Below, in pieces: positions 12,221 to 25,600 of a DNA stretch of 58,928 nt. The notes beneath the pieces were generated by a model. That model searched no databases and was not told the origin of the DNA. It saw only the letters and a list, made by a program, of their open reading frames with translations. Numbering within the stretch: position 1 is the first letter of the stretch; every line of letters begins with the position of its first letter. Location of the stretch: contig JAAPAO010000168.1 in NCBI GenBank assembly GCA_013115145.1, positions 1 through 58,928 on the forward strand, read 5' to 3'. This DNA is from Perkinsus chesapeaki ATCC PRA-425. Its lineage: Eukaryota > Protista > Perkinsozoa. Made by a program: the position numbers and the translations under genes.

Positions 12221-13213
12221 ATGGCATACTCGACAAAAGCTGATCTTGCCAATCCAGACGTCGCCGAGGTTTTGAGGAAAGCAAAACCATTCATTCGATA
12301 CCCTATGTCGACACCTTATTTAATCCGTAGCATAATATTTGGTTTGGTTCTGGTACCAATAAGGCTGTTTCTCTTCTTGAGCAGCATGTTCATATCCGGT
12401 GTTGTATTCTATATTGGCCATTGTACCCGTTCTGATGCCTTAGCATTTGGTGCTATGAGGTTCTGGGGTAAATTCGCGGTCCTTACTTTGGGAATTATTC
12501 CGACCTATACTGCGGATCCTGCAGCACCACAGCCGGATGAAGTAACCAACAAATCTCATGTCATCGTATCTAATCATATAAGCTTTGTTGAAGTCCTTTA
12601 TCTATTATCGACGTATCTGCCAGCATTTGTAGGAAAATATCCTCTCAGGAATGTATTGCTTATCGGCGACTGTATGAGATATTTAGATTGTATATTCGTG
12701 AATCGTCTTGATGGCAAGAAATCAAAGCCGACAACTCAGCTGCTTAAGGACCATGTGATAGATGGAACTGATCTTAGACCATTGCTACTATTTCCTGAGG
12801 GAACTACTTCTAATGGATCGGGTTTGATATCCTTTCACACTGGAGCTTTTTGTCTGGGTATACCAGCTCTTCCAGTTGCAGTGTGGTATCCTGATTATGT
12901 TAGAGGTGCAATGTTTGATCCGCATTGGTCACATGGTAGCATCGTTACATTTATTATTGGAATGATGGCTCAACCATACACTAGAATGAGGGTCCATGTT
13001 ATGGCACCGGTTGCAGCTGAAGAATCAGAGGATCCTCGTCATTTTGCTGAGAGAGTTCGCAAGCTCCTCGGGGACGAGATTGGGATCCCGTTGATTGATG
13101 GTGATTATAAAGATAAGGTTCGACTTAATAAGATTATATCATCTGGTTTGGTGAGTGATAACGATGTTTATGAGTATGCTAGAGAGAGTTTGCATAACAA
13201 GAAGAACGATTGA
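12221..13213 (+). CDS. Lysophospholipid acyltransferase (LPCAT/LPEAT, PlsC family), intronless
   Basis: N-terminal hydrophobic segment, NHISFVE, FVGK, FVNR and FPEGTTSNG motifs in a 330-aa uninterrupted ORF. Confidence 0.9.
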   Translation: MAYSTKADLANPDVAEVLRKAKPFIRYPMSTPYLIRSIIFGLVLVPIRLFLFLSSMFISGVVFYIGHCTRSDALAFGAMRFWGKFAVLTLGIIPTYTADPAAPQPDEVTNKSHVIVSNHISFVEVLYLLSTYLPAFVGKYPLRNVLLIGDCMRYLDCIFVNRLDGKKSKPTTQLLKDHVIDGTDLRPLLLFPEGTTSNGSGLISFHTGAFCLGIPALPVAVWYPDYVRGAMFDPHWSHGSIVTFIIGMMAQPYTRMRVHVMAPVAAEESEDPRHFAERVRKLLGDEIGIPLIDGDYKDKVRLNKIISSGLVSDNDVYEYARESLHNKKND

Positions 13214-13630
13214 AGCTTTGTTGATAGTATTTGGGTACAGTTGAAAGATGCCACTGACATAACGTTTGTACAGTACACTCCATAATTGTTGTGTTAAACG
13301 GTTAGTATGTGCAGAGATTAAACGAACTATCATCATTGAGATAAGCTGTTCCAACGTATTCACATTCTCAAGCTTGCTAATGCATGAAGTAGGCCGCGGC
13401 TCTGCCCATTGGCACAGAGAGAATAACACATTCAATTTTCGAACTAATCGATATCGAGCAGGACGAGTATTCGATAGTTTCAAAGGCACAACCTGTGCTG
13501 TTCAAGATTGTGTGGTTGTCATACATGAGGTCCCTTAAGGAACCTACTTCGACTCCAATTGAAGGCGAGCGAGTTTACTTGACCATGTCTCCCCTGGAAT
13601 TTGTGGGAAATACGGTATGAAATAGCCTTT

Positions 13631-13644
13631 TGCACGCATGCGCA
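13631..13644. promoter_or_regulatory. Recurrent 14-mer TGCACGCATGCGCA (also at 15810, 15973, 27540)
   Basis: Four exact copies on either strand, all outside the annotated genes. Function is inferred, not shown. Confidence 0.4.
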
Positions 13645-16428
13645 TCCTCTTCGGGCGCAAAAACTGTCTTCATGTTTCGGCACCCATCCAACTGCGCTAT
13701 GCTTTCCGGACAAACAAGGTTCGTTCGCTCTCCTGAGTTTCACACTCAATAGATGTTCGTTGGTCACTTGGGTGAGATCGGGTATCCAGAAGGTTTTAGA
13801 TTAAATCATTGATTCTAGAAGAGCACCAACACATCACAATGAGCACACAGAAATCGCATGTAACCCTCTGCTTTGTGGATGGTGACAGACGGAGGCCGGA
13901 AGCATGGTGTTTCCATCGCTGGGGGGTCCAAAGCACACGATTCATCTGAACAACTCGAGCCCTTGAACGCAGAAGAAATCATGGTACTCGGACAGTTTTT
14001 GAATAGTCACAGTCGGCGGTAAGAAATTGGAACCCATTTCTGGAGGATCTCCAACTCCAAATCGATGCGGGCAACCACAGTTGCCACCCTCAGGGGTGTC
14101 AACGTAAGCTATCTTGTAACAATGTGTCTCTTGCAAGCAACTTCTTACCTTTCCCTATAAATGATGTTCCTGCGTAGCTTGTACCCGGAGGACTCGGCGT
14201 GACCCTAAAACGATCATGTAATCTATCCACCACCATAAGAACAGCTTACACAGCTCTATGCAATGGCTCGGGAGATACCAACATGGCTTCATCTTGAGTA
14301 GTGAAGGGGCTCATCCTCGGGCCTGTAGGTTGAAGATGACTGTGTATGCCTGGTTGTGGTGATGGATGGTGATTGTCATCAGTATATGCTCGAGTGCCAT
14401 GTGATGGATGACAGAGAACCTGGATGCGAACTCAGAAGGCCTCGTCTTCTCGGTTAGCTGACTTGTGCTGCATGCACGCAGTTGCTGCCATGCATGCACC
14501 CATGTGGTGTAGGCCCCAACATGATAACACGGTACAGACCAGCCTGAATGTTGAGAGATAGATAACAAGAACTTAGTTGATCCTACTTTCATTCGCAAAG
14601 TCTCATCCAATGGGTGTCCACCACCAGCATTAACAGTTACCTTATACCTAGTCTAGCCTATTGGGAAGATTAGCATTCAATTACATCGTACATGTGAGGC
14701 ATGTTCAACTTGGAACAGAACTTTTGAAAAATGGGCATCTCTCCACCAATAGGCTTGAGGTCCCCTGGCAGCTCGTTACTGCCGCCTTCTATACCATCAC
14801 CCGTCCCCAATCCCCCTTCTGCTTGGGTTTCAGCGGGCCTGCCCAGCATGATCGTAAACTGTCGCACAAGTCCCTGTCCCATTACGCGTTTTCTTCCCCA
14901 AGTGGTGGACCCAAGCGAAACTTTGCATCCCATTTAATCATAGCTCGCTGAGGATGAGTTATATCAAGAACTCTGATATGGACGTCCGTCACTGGCCTGA
15001 ATCAAGGTTGACCTAAAAGTGCCTGTATGCAATCGGGTACCGTGCGAATCGAAATGCTGGATGTGGTGTGTTAGCCAGAGCCCCTGGAAAGGAGTCGGGG
15101 ACACCTCCACTCCCACCGGGTATCATAACACCAGGATAGACCTTCCCTTCTGGGCCTATCGATCCGGCCTCCCCATTTCCTGACAACACCACTTATTGTA
15201 CAACTTGAAGCGCGCAAGAACTGCGCGCGTCACGCCGGCACGTCACGAGCAAAGAATCTTCCCAAATTGGTATTATTAAAGGGGATTTGGCAAGGCTCGA
15301 AGTATGCAATGCCACGAGGAGGAGTCAACCGGGACACAATGGCGCTTGGCAATCGTCATATGCGTGGGACAGATGAATTACACAATCCGAAGACAAGAAC
15401 TGTGTCATACCGTATTTCCGTCAAATCACCGCCTGATAGCGCCTGTGGGGGACAAGAATAGTTGTCTTTGTTAAACCTTAGACCGCAACATTTGTCTATA
15501 CGACTATTCCACCGATGATGAGACATACGCTACATCCGAACCAATTTATTGGATACTGGATGAAAATCTTAAGATAGCTGAGGTGGCAATATTCAAATAC
15601 ATTTGTTAATCAAGCACCTCAAACAGTTTTGTGGAAAGGTATTTGGTTCAGTAACCAGCTGCAGTGAAGTAAGCGTTACTCCTAGCAGGCTCCTAATTCC
15701 AATTCGACGTCTCTTATTCCGAATGCTCCTGTACACGCAGTGTACTTCAGCAGATAAAGTTGAGTTTGTAGGAGATAATGAAGATAAGTGGAGAATATTT
15801 CAAATCCAATGCGCATGCGTGCAGGGGTGTAAATACTTCCAAGCCGCATTCAACGGAAGAATAACCATTGGGAAGTGTAACGGGCGTAGGGAAGGTATGC
15901 AACAGTTCTATACAACAGCCATTGGCTCCATGAAGGAGTGGTGCACTATCATAATCGTGAAATTGTTCGGCGTGCGCATGCGTGCAGACGGAATTTGCAT
16001 CTACTCACCACATCCACAAGCTCCACAACAACGATGAGCAGTTATTGTAGGTGAATCGCACACAAAGCTGTCATCTGATATATTAGTCGATACGACGAAA
16101 TTAAGAGGACCACCTAAAATGCGTAAATGGGCTTAAACGTGGGCTTCAAGAGCGTGACCAGGCTGAGTGGTGTACGGTGATTCGTCTCGCGGCATTATCT
16201 CGGCCTTTTTTATTAGCTGATGTTGTACATGATTAATAAATGATGTCCATGGGTGTTGCTGTGATGATGCTATTATAGCTGCCACCATTAAGGCATAATG
16301 TACCCTAGTGAAGGAGGCAGCAAAGCTTTTTTATTAACTACTAACACAAACCCTGACTTCGTCATATTCAACTAGTGTGATCATAAAGCACCCCTCCTTC
16401 TCATCATCATTATCCTTAAGCATTCTTT

Positions 16429-17811
16429 TCAATATCTTCCGCGCCCACGAGATCTTGATCGCCTAATAAGAAAATTATGAATGATAAGAGTGTTGATATA
16501 AAAACAACATGTATTAAGAAAGGCAGTGGTAGGATGGCGGCGGCGGTGATTAACTATAATTGTTGTTGTTGTTTTCTTACCACCACTTCCTATCCGAAAA
16601 GACTATAGAGTACACTTCAACTTGAAAAGGCCGGCTTGCCGACTTCTACTCGACTTCTACTCGATAGACGCTAATTTATTGCTCTTGTTATGCCAAAGAC
16701 TGCCAAGAGGAGCTCTTCCACTTGAGTTGAATTCTCGAAGATTCCACTTGAGTAACCAAATATCATCAACATCATAGCCTCGATGATAATAATAACTTGT
16801 TGCTCCTCCTCCTCCTTCTGGTCGAGTACGAGTATGCCATCAATGAACTCCCTCCTCACCTATCATCATCATAACTTCTACTTCTTCCTCTACTTCCTCT
16901 ACGACCAGATGAATAATCGCTACGATCCCTTAAAAACCCAATATGATAAACAATAGATTGGTAACACTCACCTATTATAACCACCACCACCTCCTTTATA
17001 ATAATCATCTCTACCATATCCACCTCTACCATATCCTCCTCCACCACCTCGGCCTCGACTACTACCTGACAATCAATCATATGACCAGTATACCACTATA
17101 ATATACCTCTATAATCATCATCCATTCTTCTCATAGTCTTGGGGGATTTACGTCTCTCTTTAGCAATTTCAACCTCTAAACATAACTCAGTTACCCTTCA
17201 TAATTGCACACACACAACTCACCAATAACACTTCCATACATACGTTTGCCATCCATTGCCGCCTTAGCCTCATCAGCGTCTCTTGGATCAGTAAATTCCA
17301 CGAACCCAAATCCTCGTGGTCGCCTCGAATAGTAATCCAGAGGGATGTAAACATCACGTATCTCTCCATATTTCTCAAATGTTTCACGAAGCATCATAGG
17401 ATTGCAGTCATAAGGCTAAGATGTTAGCATATCCACAACACCAACAACAGTCAAGAGACGACTTGCTTACCAGATTCCTCACCAAAAGACTGGAGGAAGT
17501 CTCTCTGGATGGTCCTCTTCCACCAGGTGTTCGGGATCGGCTGCGCTCACGTCGACGATGTGGTGAGTCTCCTTCTGGAGAGCGAGTGGCGGCAGCTCTA
17601 CCTGAACCACCAGAGCTGGTTATTAGTCCTATGTAGGACAACATGCCCTACTACTACTACTACTACTACTACCACTATCATCTCTGCTGCTACGCTCTCT
17701 AGGTGATTCACTTCTACCTCTTCTGTAGGATGATGATGCACTTCGACTACGTGAGTAGGATTTCCGAGATGAGGAACGGCTCCTACTGCCAGAGGATCGA
17801 GAGGAGGGCAT
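16429..17811 (-). CDS. SR-family splicing factor (RS-RRM-RS, SRSF2/10-like), copy A
   Basis: RS-rich N-terminus, SLLVRNL (RNP2) and DVYIPLDYYSRRPRGFGFVEF (RNP1). The terminal exon RSRSRGRGRY* lies at 16429-16462. Confidence 0.85.
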
Positions 17812-18019
17812 TGATAGCAGTGATATAGACTATTAAAATGACATTAGTTGAGACTAAAACTCAACAACAAAATGTGTATTGCTGTTTATAACTATATCTA
17901 TAGTGATGGGGGATGATGGTCTCATCAGAGATAATTAAACCTCCAATAATGCTGTTGCCTTATAACATCTAATGACACACTGATGTTATATCTGCTCAAG
18001 TATTATTATTAATACTTAC

Positions 18020-19174
18020 TTAACGTCTATCACGAGAGTAGCTTCTTGAACGCCTTCTTGGGCTACCACGGCGATCATCTCTACCATATTCATCTCTATA
18101 ACCACCCCGTCCACCACCACCATAATAATCATCATCACTGCGTCTTCGAGGACTATATCCACCACCATATCCATCACCACGTCTAAAAGAAACAATTGAG
18201 AATTAGGAAATAGCCCTTTATATTTCTACCCGTATCCTCCACCACCGTATCCTCCACCACCATATCCTCCTTTGCCTTTACCATAACTTGCTCTGCGACT
18301 GATTAGCCTTCTCATTGTACGGGGAGACTTCCGACCACGTTGGGCGACATCCACTTCTGAATCATCCGAGGAGGAGGAGCTTAATCATCAACATGATTAT
18401 CATCGATTAAACTTCATCATCAATCGTGCTTCTAACATCCCCGCTTTGAACCATCATCACAAAGCCCTGACATTTCGATGTCGATCTGACGCCACTTCGA
18501 ACCCTTATTTCTATCCTTTCTTAACTATACACTAGACTACTACCCAAACAAAAGAGCAACAACATCAACAACAGGAGTGATGATGTTGTTGACACTTGTT
18601 GTTATTATTACGAATCGCATTTCCATCCACAACTTTTCCATCCATACCATTCTTTGCTTCAATAACATCACGATGGTCACAGAATTCAACGAACCCAAAT
18701 CCCCTAATAAGAATGCATGTAAAGCAACAAAGACTGCAGTGTCCCCCCTTTCACTACCTAGGTCGGCCTGTATTGTAGTCCAATGGGAGATAGACATCTC
18801 TAATTTCACCATATCTACTGAAGAGACTTCTAACATGTTGAGGGGAGGTATCATAATTCTGACACCTCTAGCTATTACAACACCATCCAGTTAGATGATA
18901 GCTTACCAGATTCCTAACAATTAAACTACACGTTTCTCCATCAGCATAAGTATCGTCTCTTGGCCTATCACCATCGGCATCACCACCTCGACCTCCACGG
19001 CCACCATCTACCACCAACCAATTAACCTGGTCTAAGGTTCACGATCCTATTACCTCTAGATCTACTCCTTGATGGGTCACCACCACCATCCTTCTCATAA
19101 CGTTTACCTCTACTGTACGATCTGGAGCGAGAGCGACTGCTACCTCTGGAGGATGAACGACTAGGCGAAGGCAT
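18020..19174 (-). CDS. SR-family splicing factor (RS-RRM-RS/RG), copy B
   Basis: MPSPSRSSSRGSSRSRSRS, SLIVRNL, DVYLPLDYNTGRPRGFGFVEF, and the tail RRRSRSYSRDRR*. Confidence 0.85.
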
Positions 19175-19272
19175 TGGACGGAGACCGGTTAAAGGGTACT
19201 GGAAAATATATGTCGCGCGCCAGGAAATTCAAGACAGTTAAATGAGAAACTGGCTAACAAATTAACATATTA

Positions 19273-22200
19273 TCATCCTCCATCCTCTTCGGCAGATTTT
19301 AAAGTTTCCTTCATCACTTTTGCCCGCTTGTAGACAATGGCTGCTTCATGAGTTCGGTTCTGCTGTTTTAACTGAAGTAATATATTTTCATGGCGCAGTG
19401 AAAAGTATTATTCCTCCTTACATTTATAGCTAGTTTTATATCACTATCAATACTAGCTTTCATCGTCTCAACATACTCCTCAAATGACATGTCTCCCGAT
19501 TGAATCTGTCATGTTTAGATTGGCAATGGTATTAAGACGGTTTACTGTAACTGACCTTAGCAATCAATTCATTCATTCTACACTCAAGAGGCGTTCTTTC
19601 TGATTCCTCTGTAACCACTCGTAACCGATCCTCGATTGCCTCAACCGAAACCCATAGAGATGGGTCCAAGGGAGACACATTGGGGTCAACGACACAATTA
19701 TCTGAAAAAAGACTTGCAACACCCAACAATATAAACGTCACGCGCCACAAAACTCACCCTCTTCCTTGACTTGCTCCAAATCATGATCATTATCATCATC
19801 CTTCTCATTAGCAAAAGTGTTGTTGATGGTGGGAGGGAGAGGTGTTGGTAGAACACAATAGGATGCGGTAGCTCGAGTAAGCCAAGCTGAACGATGTGAT
19901 GGGGCTCTAAGTTCACATCTTATCTACACATCAAATAATAATGTTTATATAACAACAATTATTAATACTAAAACAAATGGGGATTCACTTGAAGAGGTTG
20001 ATGATACATGACGTTTTGGTCGCTTCTCTGATGATGACGATGATGATGAATTATCATTATGTATACGAGCCAATGTTAACCTATATAACAGCTAACCTCA
20101 ATCCAACCTAAAGATACTTACTCTCCTTCCGTACTAGTTCCTGTTTGAAGGGCATCCAATTTCAAGCCTCCTGGAGTGGCGGCGATTTCCTTCAAGGAAC
20201 TCCCGAACAGGCTAGCCAGAGCATTCCGTTGACGATAGAGCTGAACAAAAAAAGAATCTTTGGTTGAAGATGTAAGATTCAATTGAGGTCAGATGTAACT
20301 CACCTTCTCACCTTGACTGTTATCTTCGCCTTCCCAAATGCTCTCTCAATGCTTGTTTGTCGCATATGCGAAAAATTAACATCATCCTCGAACCCATTAC
20401 CCTGACCATAGTAAACATCAAGTACAAACGTCACGCGCCCCAAAATTACCGTCAATTCCCTCTTAATAAGGTAAGGCTCCGATCCACTAGGTATACCATG
20501 TAATGTAAGCTCGCAGTAAATAGGATAGTCCTCAGACCATTCACGAATGTATCTCATACTACTTGAAGGTATCTATCAACCTACTACTAGTGATATTAGA
20601 TATAGTTAATCAAGCTACATCAAATGATATCTTCATATGGCCCATTTCATCAACTTGATCATTCTCATTCATAACGGTATACCTTACAGCTCGCTTTTCT
20701 AGCTCTAAAAGATACCAAGGCTCCTACCGTATAACCGACATTTAGTTTACCGTTAGGAACGAATTGCCATCGATCATTACGGGACTCTTTCAACCAACTA
20801 ATATCCTTCTCGGCATTCTTACGAAGTGTGTTGTGCATCTGAAAGGAACCTTAGGTTGACCCTTGAAAGATTCAAAGTAAGTCAAGTTGAAATTGAATCT
20901 ACCACAGCTTCATCCTTTAATTTCTTTATTTCCTCTATCTCTTCAGGTTTATTCTTCCCTGTCGCCAATCGCCTCGCTACTTGACCATGAGCTGGTGGAT
21001 CAAGTAACTCTGGGGACTGTGATAACCTGAAAGGGTCCTAACAGTAATACCAACTTTAATATTCATTACTTCAAACAGAATAGTGCATGATCCTTATGCA
21101 TTTGAGCAACCTCTCCAAGTCTTTGCTCCAGTTGGTCTATCAAAGCTCTTCGATCAACCTCTGACTGTCCCATCAACACCTCATCTGTCATTGATGGTGG
21201 TATCTATCAAGAAGACTATCAATCCCGAATAAGACTAAAATCATACCAGATTCTCCTTGATAGCAAGTCTACATTGTTTCGCTCCTCCTTCTAAAATATT
21301 CTTCAATTCAAGTGCTTTATGTAGCATATCCCTACCAAAAGATGCTATTATCATCTAAGTCCTTCTGTGTTGCCCACACTCTAACCTTGCTCTATCACTA
21401 AAGCCCACTCCAGCTAAAGCTGCTGCTGCCCTTTGATACTCCTTCAATCGCCTTAACACTACTCTTCTATAATCCTCATACTTCTCATCATTCTCGGCTG
21501 GCTCCTCCTCCTCTTCCTCCTTTATCTCATCTAATGGTTAAAGTGTTATTACATCCATATAGTAGAATACCCAATCACCTTTGGCAATTGCTATCCGCTT
21601 TTCGACAATAGTTCGATCTTCTGGTGTAAGATACTCCAACATTGCTTCATCTTTATTAATCCTATCCTTCACATCTTCAATATATCTATCAAGCAATGTC
21701 ATACCATAACACCTCAACATGATGATAGGTCACTTCTCTGGTGATAGCCTCCCTGATTGAGCATCGAGTGTGATAGTTCTAACTTGTAGGTTCAATTCTG
21801 AGATCAGAACCATCACTATCATTGACTATCCCCTATATCAAACTACCTTCCTTTTCATCATCTGTTAGTTTAATCGGTCCATCACCACTTAGGTACCATT
21901 CCATAACAGCCAGACTAACGAGTAGCTCTGGCGCGTGAGGATCTGCTGCCTCAACAGCTGCCATACTACCTAATATGAAGAGCTATCCCTCAATAGATGC
22001 CACAGTACTACTATCTTCAAGGTAGTAGTCATCCTCTTTATTCAACCCCAGAGACACCAGAAGCTCGTCACTGGTGGGACCAGAAGTCGACTTAGGTTTA
22101 CTCTGTTAGATAACTCATCTGCTATAACCATTGTCATCATTACCTTAGCAGCCTTAACTATTTTATCAACTTCTCGAGGGTCTTCTTCTTCAGACATGGC

Positions 22201-22578
22201 TGCCAATTCATTAAGTAATGTTGGATCATTTAAACTATCCATCGATGATGAGCTTGATAATCGTCTACCTATTAACAGCAGCAGCATCACCATACTAACC
22301 AAGATTCCCCCAATAGGTGGATTGTCGAACATGTCGAACCACCGTGGGCTCCAGAATGTACAATATTGACCACGAGTAGTGGTGGTATTACCTTTAGGTG
22401 TAGTTGCTTCCTCTATAAGCCTTCGAATATCATCATCTGTATTACCTCGTTTAAACAATGTCTCTATACCGTCCCCCTCACAATCAGCGCCGGTGGCGAT
22501 GGCGGCGAATCCCATATTACGAAGCTCTGCTTCCAAGGATGCCTCATCAAACTTAGGAGCATTTGGTAGATTTGACAT
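19273..22578 (-). CDS. Coiled-coil plus C2-domain protein, CC2D1/Lgd-like, multi-exon
   Basis: DM14-like LIDQLEQRLGEVAQMHK; KNAEKDISWLKE; C2-like IERAFGKAKITVKLY...GLKLDALQ; C-terminal helix HEAAIVYKRAKVMKETL. These resemble recalled CC2D1A segments in the same order. Confidence 0.6.
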
Positions 22579-22675
22579 AATACAAAAGCTAATGGCAAGT
22601 AAGGGAATGAAGGATAACACTGATAATGATGATATATAAGAGGAAAACTCTGATATTGATGTATGGTATAGACTA

Positions 22676-25600
22676 TCACATTTTAACACCTGATGTCAAC
22701 CAGATGCCACGAACGCTGTTGAAGCACTAAGGAAGAAGGCATGAAGTGAATCCTCATTATTGTTATTACCAATATATCATGACCATTATTGATGAACTCC
22801 TTCAACATTGTTAAAGTTATGATACCCTCAATCGCCTGACCAGTGTCTAATAACATTTGACGATAACAGCCAGGGAGAAGCCCACACTGTTTCGAAGGCG
22901 TCAATATTATACCATTATCCAGCCTAACTCCAATATTAGCTATAGATGTCTCAGTTACTTCACCACGTTCATTAAATAATAATTTATCAATCTCTAAGGG
23001 ATAGATACTTCTATCAGTTGTCTTATGATATAGCCTAATATCAGTATGATCAACAGCTATTGAAGATAGCTGTAAAAGTTGATGGTTCATTGTATCATCA
23101 GGGCGGCAGCAGCAGTCCTCAGACTTCCAGCTCTCTACTGTAAGACTGGAACTTATTTCAATTCGTATCCGCTTTGGGTAATTAGATACCAACAACGTGG
23201 CTATACGATTGCTCACTTCCATTCGAAAGACACTCTCAGCTTTATTTATGTCAACTCCCCATAGACCAGCAGCACTACTAGCAAACCTTTGAGCATGCTC
23301 ATTAAAAAGGTATATAGTACCATCGCTCTCCAACAACATTGTTTCAAATAGCCTTAAATTACTACAATTAGATATTTTAGGATATAAGATGGCATTAACA
23401 CCAACATCTGTATTCAGTAAGATTGGTTTACCAGTGATAGACCAAAGCTGAGGTCGAGCCTTAACTAATATCTCATCCCATTCCTCACTGGGATTCGAAC
23501 CTGCGACTATCGCACCACCACAGCCAGTAGTAACCGTTCGACCATCATCACTGAAGACCAAAGTTCTGATAATAACTGCAAAATGTGTTGAGCCATTAAG
23601 AGGTGATATATAACCAATAGCACCGGAGTAGATGCCTCTAGGCCCACTTTCAATACTGTTCAATATATCACATGATCTCTGCTTTGGGGCACCTGTCATG
23701 CTACCAGCTGGGAATAAAGCATCAAGGGCTTCGACCGGTGAAGCATATTCACCAATTGCAAGATACCCACATACAGTTGAAACTAGCTGATGATAATTCT
23801 TGTAACTTTCAATTTTCATAAGCTTGGGACAGCGTACACTTCCTGTCTCACAAACTGTATTGAGATCATTTCGGACCAAATCGACTATCATCAGATTCTC
23901 AGCGAAATCCTTCGGACTTGTTCGTAACTCTTCTATTAACTTATCATCCTCCATCTTATCTCGCCCCCTTGGCCTAGTCCCTTTAATTGGCTTCATTTCT
24001 ACCCTACCATCCATTACTTTACAGAATCTTTCAGGTGACCCAGATGCTATATAACCAACTTTAGGGAGATACATGAACGCTGAGTAATTGGTAGGGTTGT
24101 GCTCCCTTAATCTTATATATGAACATAAAGGACAGACCTCAGATATACGACCTGTTATCTGAGTAGTAAGACATAGTTCATAACTATCACCAAATGCAAT
24201 ACACTGTTGACATGCTTCAATCTTTGACATGTAACATTGTCGAGAATCTTTTACTCTCATTGCAATTGGGTCTCGAGGTGTGGGACAGAATGCATGATGC
24301 TCATGGATGTGCTCATGGCTGACGGCCTCTACAGCCTTCGCAATGTTATCAAACCACAGACTACTACTCTCAGCATCATCATCATCCTTGGATACTTCCA
24401 TACCAATCACTGAATTCATTACATGATCAATAGCAATAACTCTATCAGTTATAAGATAAATAGTAGATTGCTTGTTGCTATCATAGCCTAAGGTGCCCAT
24501 AATACACGGAGGGATAAGTGGTGGTAACGATGCCGACGACGATGTCATCACCTCTCCACCCACATATATCCTTGACTTTAGATCATCGCACAACTGTCTC
24601 AAATTATCGAATTTATTAGATGAGCCCACTTCAGTCGGTGCCAGACCGCTCCCATGGCCCCAAAGAACATCTAGATTCTCATCCAAGACGCACAGGTTCG
24701 ATCCCTGCTGGCGGCGAGCTTGTCTCCCACCAGCCATAAAAGTGTAACGGCCATCGGTAGAACTCTGACTGGGTTTAGCCGCCGCCGAGTCCAACCAAAC
24801 AACTGGGGGAGTGTCAGATCCTATGTCACCGCAATCATAAAATAAGGCCTTGAAAAATCGCAGATCATCAAAGTTGTCACCAAAAGGGAATGACTTCCAG
24901 GAGAACTTGAAGTTACTGCTGTTGTTGGGGATAGATCTTTGGTAGTTAGGGATTGGGAGGCCAAGAGCTTCCCTCGATGTTCGGCTGATGATATTTGATT
25001 TCCTTGCCTTAGCCATTTGACATATATTATAGCACATTTGCCAACCAAATTCAGAACACACCGATTCTGGATGGAATTGCACTCCAAAAATAGGTAGTCT
25101 TGTATGACGTAAAGCCATCAACACTTTCCGCTCAGATGATGATGGCATATCCTTCCTCATCGTGTAGGAGTTCTCTCGTAGATTCCTCAACCACGACGGA
25201 CTAGTATTATCGATCGCATGATCGATTTTTTCTGTCTCAATAACTACCCCGGTAGTGTCCCAGGTCCACGCCAATGGTAATATCGACTCTGGTAGACTTT
25301 GAGGATCTACTTCTAATGAATGATAGCGTATAGCTGAGAAATGTGTTGGTATATCATAAAAAATTCCCCTACTCCCATGATCATTATCATCATTGCGTGA
25401 TGATGATTGTTGTATAACCATAGCCAGATAACCATGTCTTGATGGATTGGATAATATAATACGACCACCAAAGGATGCTGCTATAGCTTGATGGCCAAGA
25501 CATACACCAAAGAGGATTGGTAGACCAACAGTATTATCATCTTCTTGTTGAGGACTGCTAGTATAAGAAGATAGTATAAAAGATGTTAAAGATCCCAAAT

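Noticed and set aside
14663-14680. GAAGATTAGCAT match to the U6 snRNA core
   Set aside because: No ACAGA box before it and no GGCCCC stem-loop after it; a 12-nt chance match.
16197-16215. TCTCGGCCTTTT resembling the U2 snRNA 5' end
   Set aside because: The following GGCTAAGATCA and branch-pairing GTGTAGTA are absent.
22683-22769. ORF-track C-terminus of the 1048-aa protein (VITIMRIHF...DIRC)
   Set aside because: It is intron read-through; splicing restores the conserved NSVRG ending.
23488-23512. B-box-like GGTTCGAATCCC (similar at about 24697 and in a kinase intron at about 40935)
   Set aside because: The first two are Gly-Ser-Asn codons within pabABC, and none has a cloverleaf.
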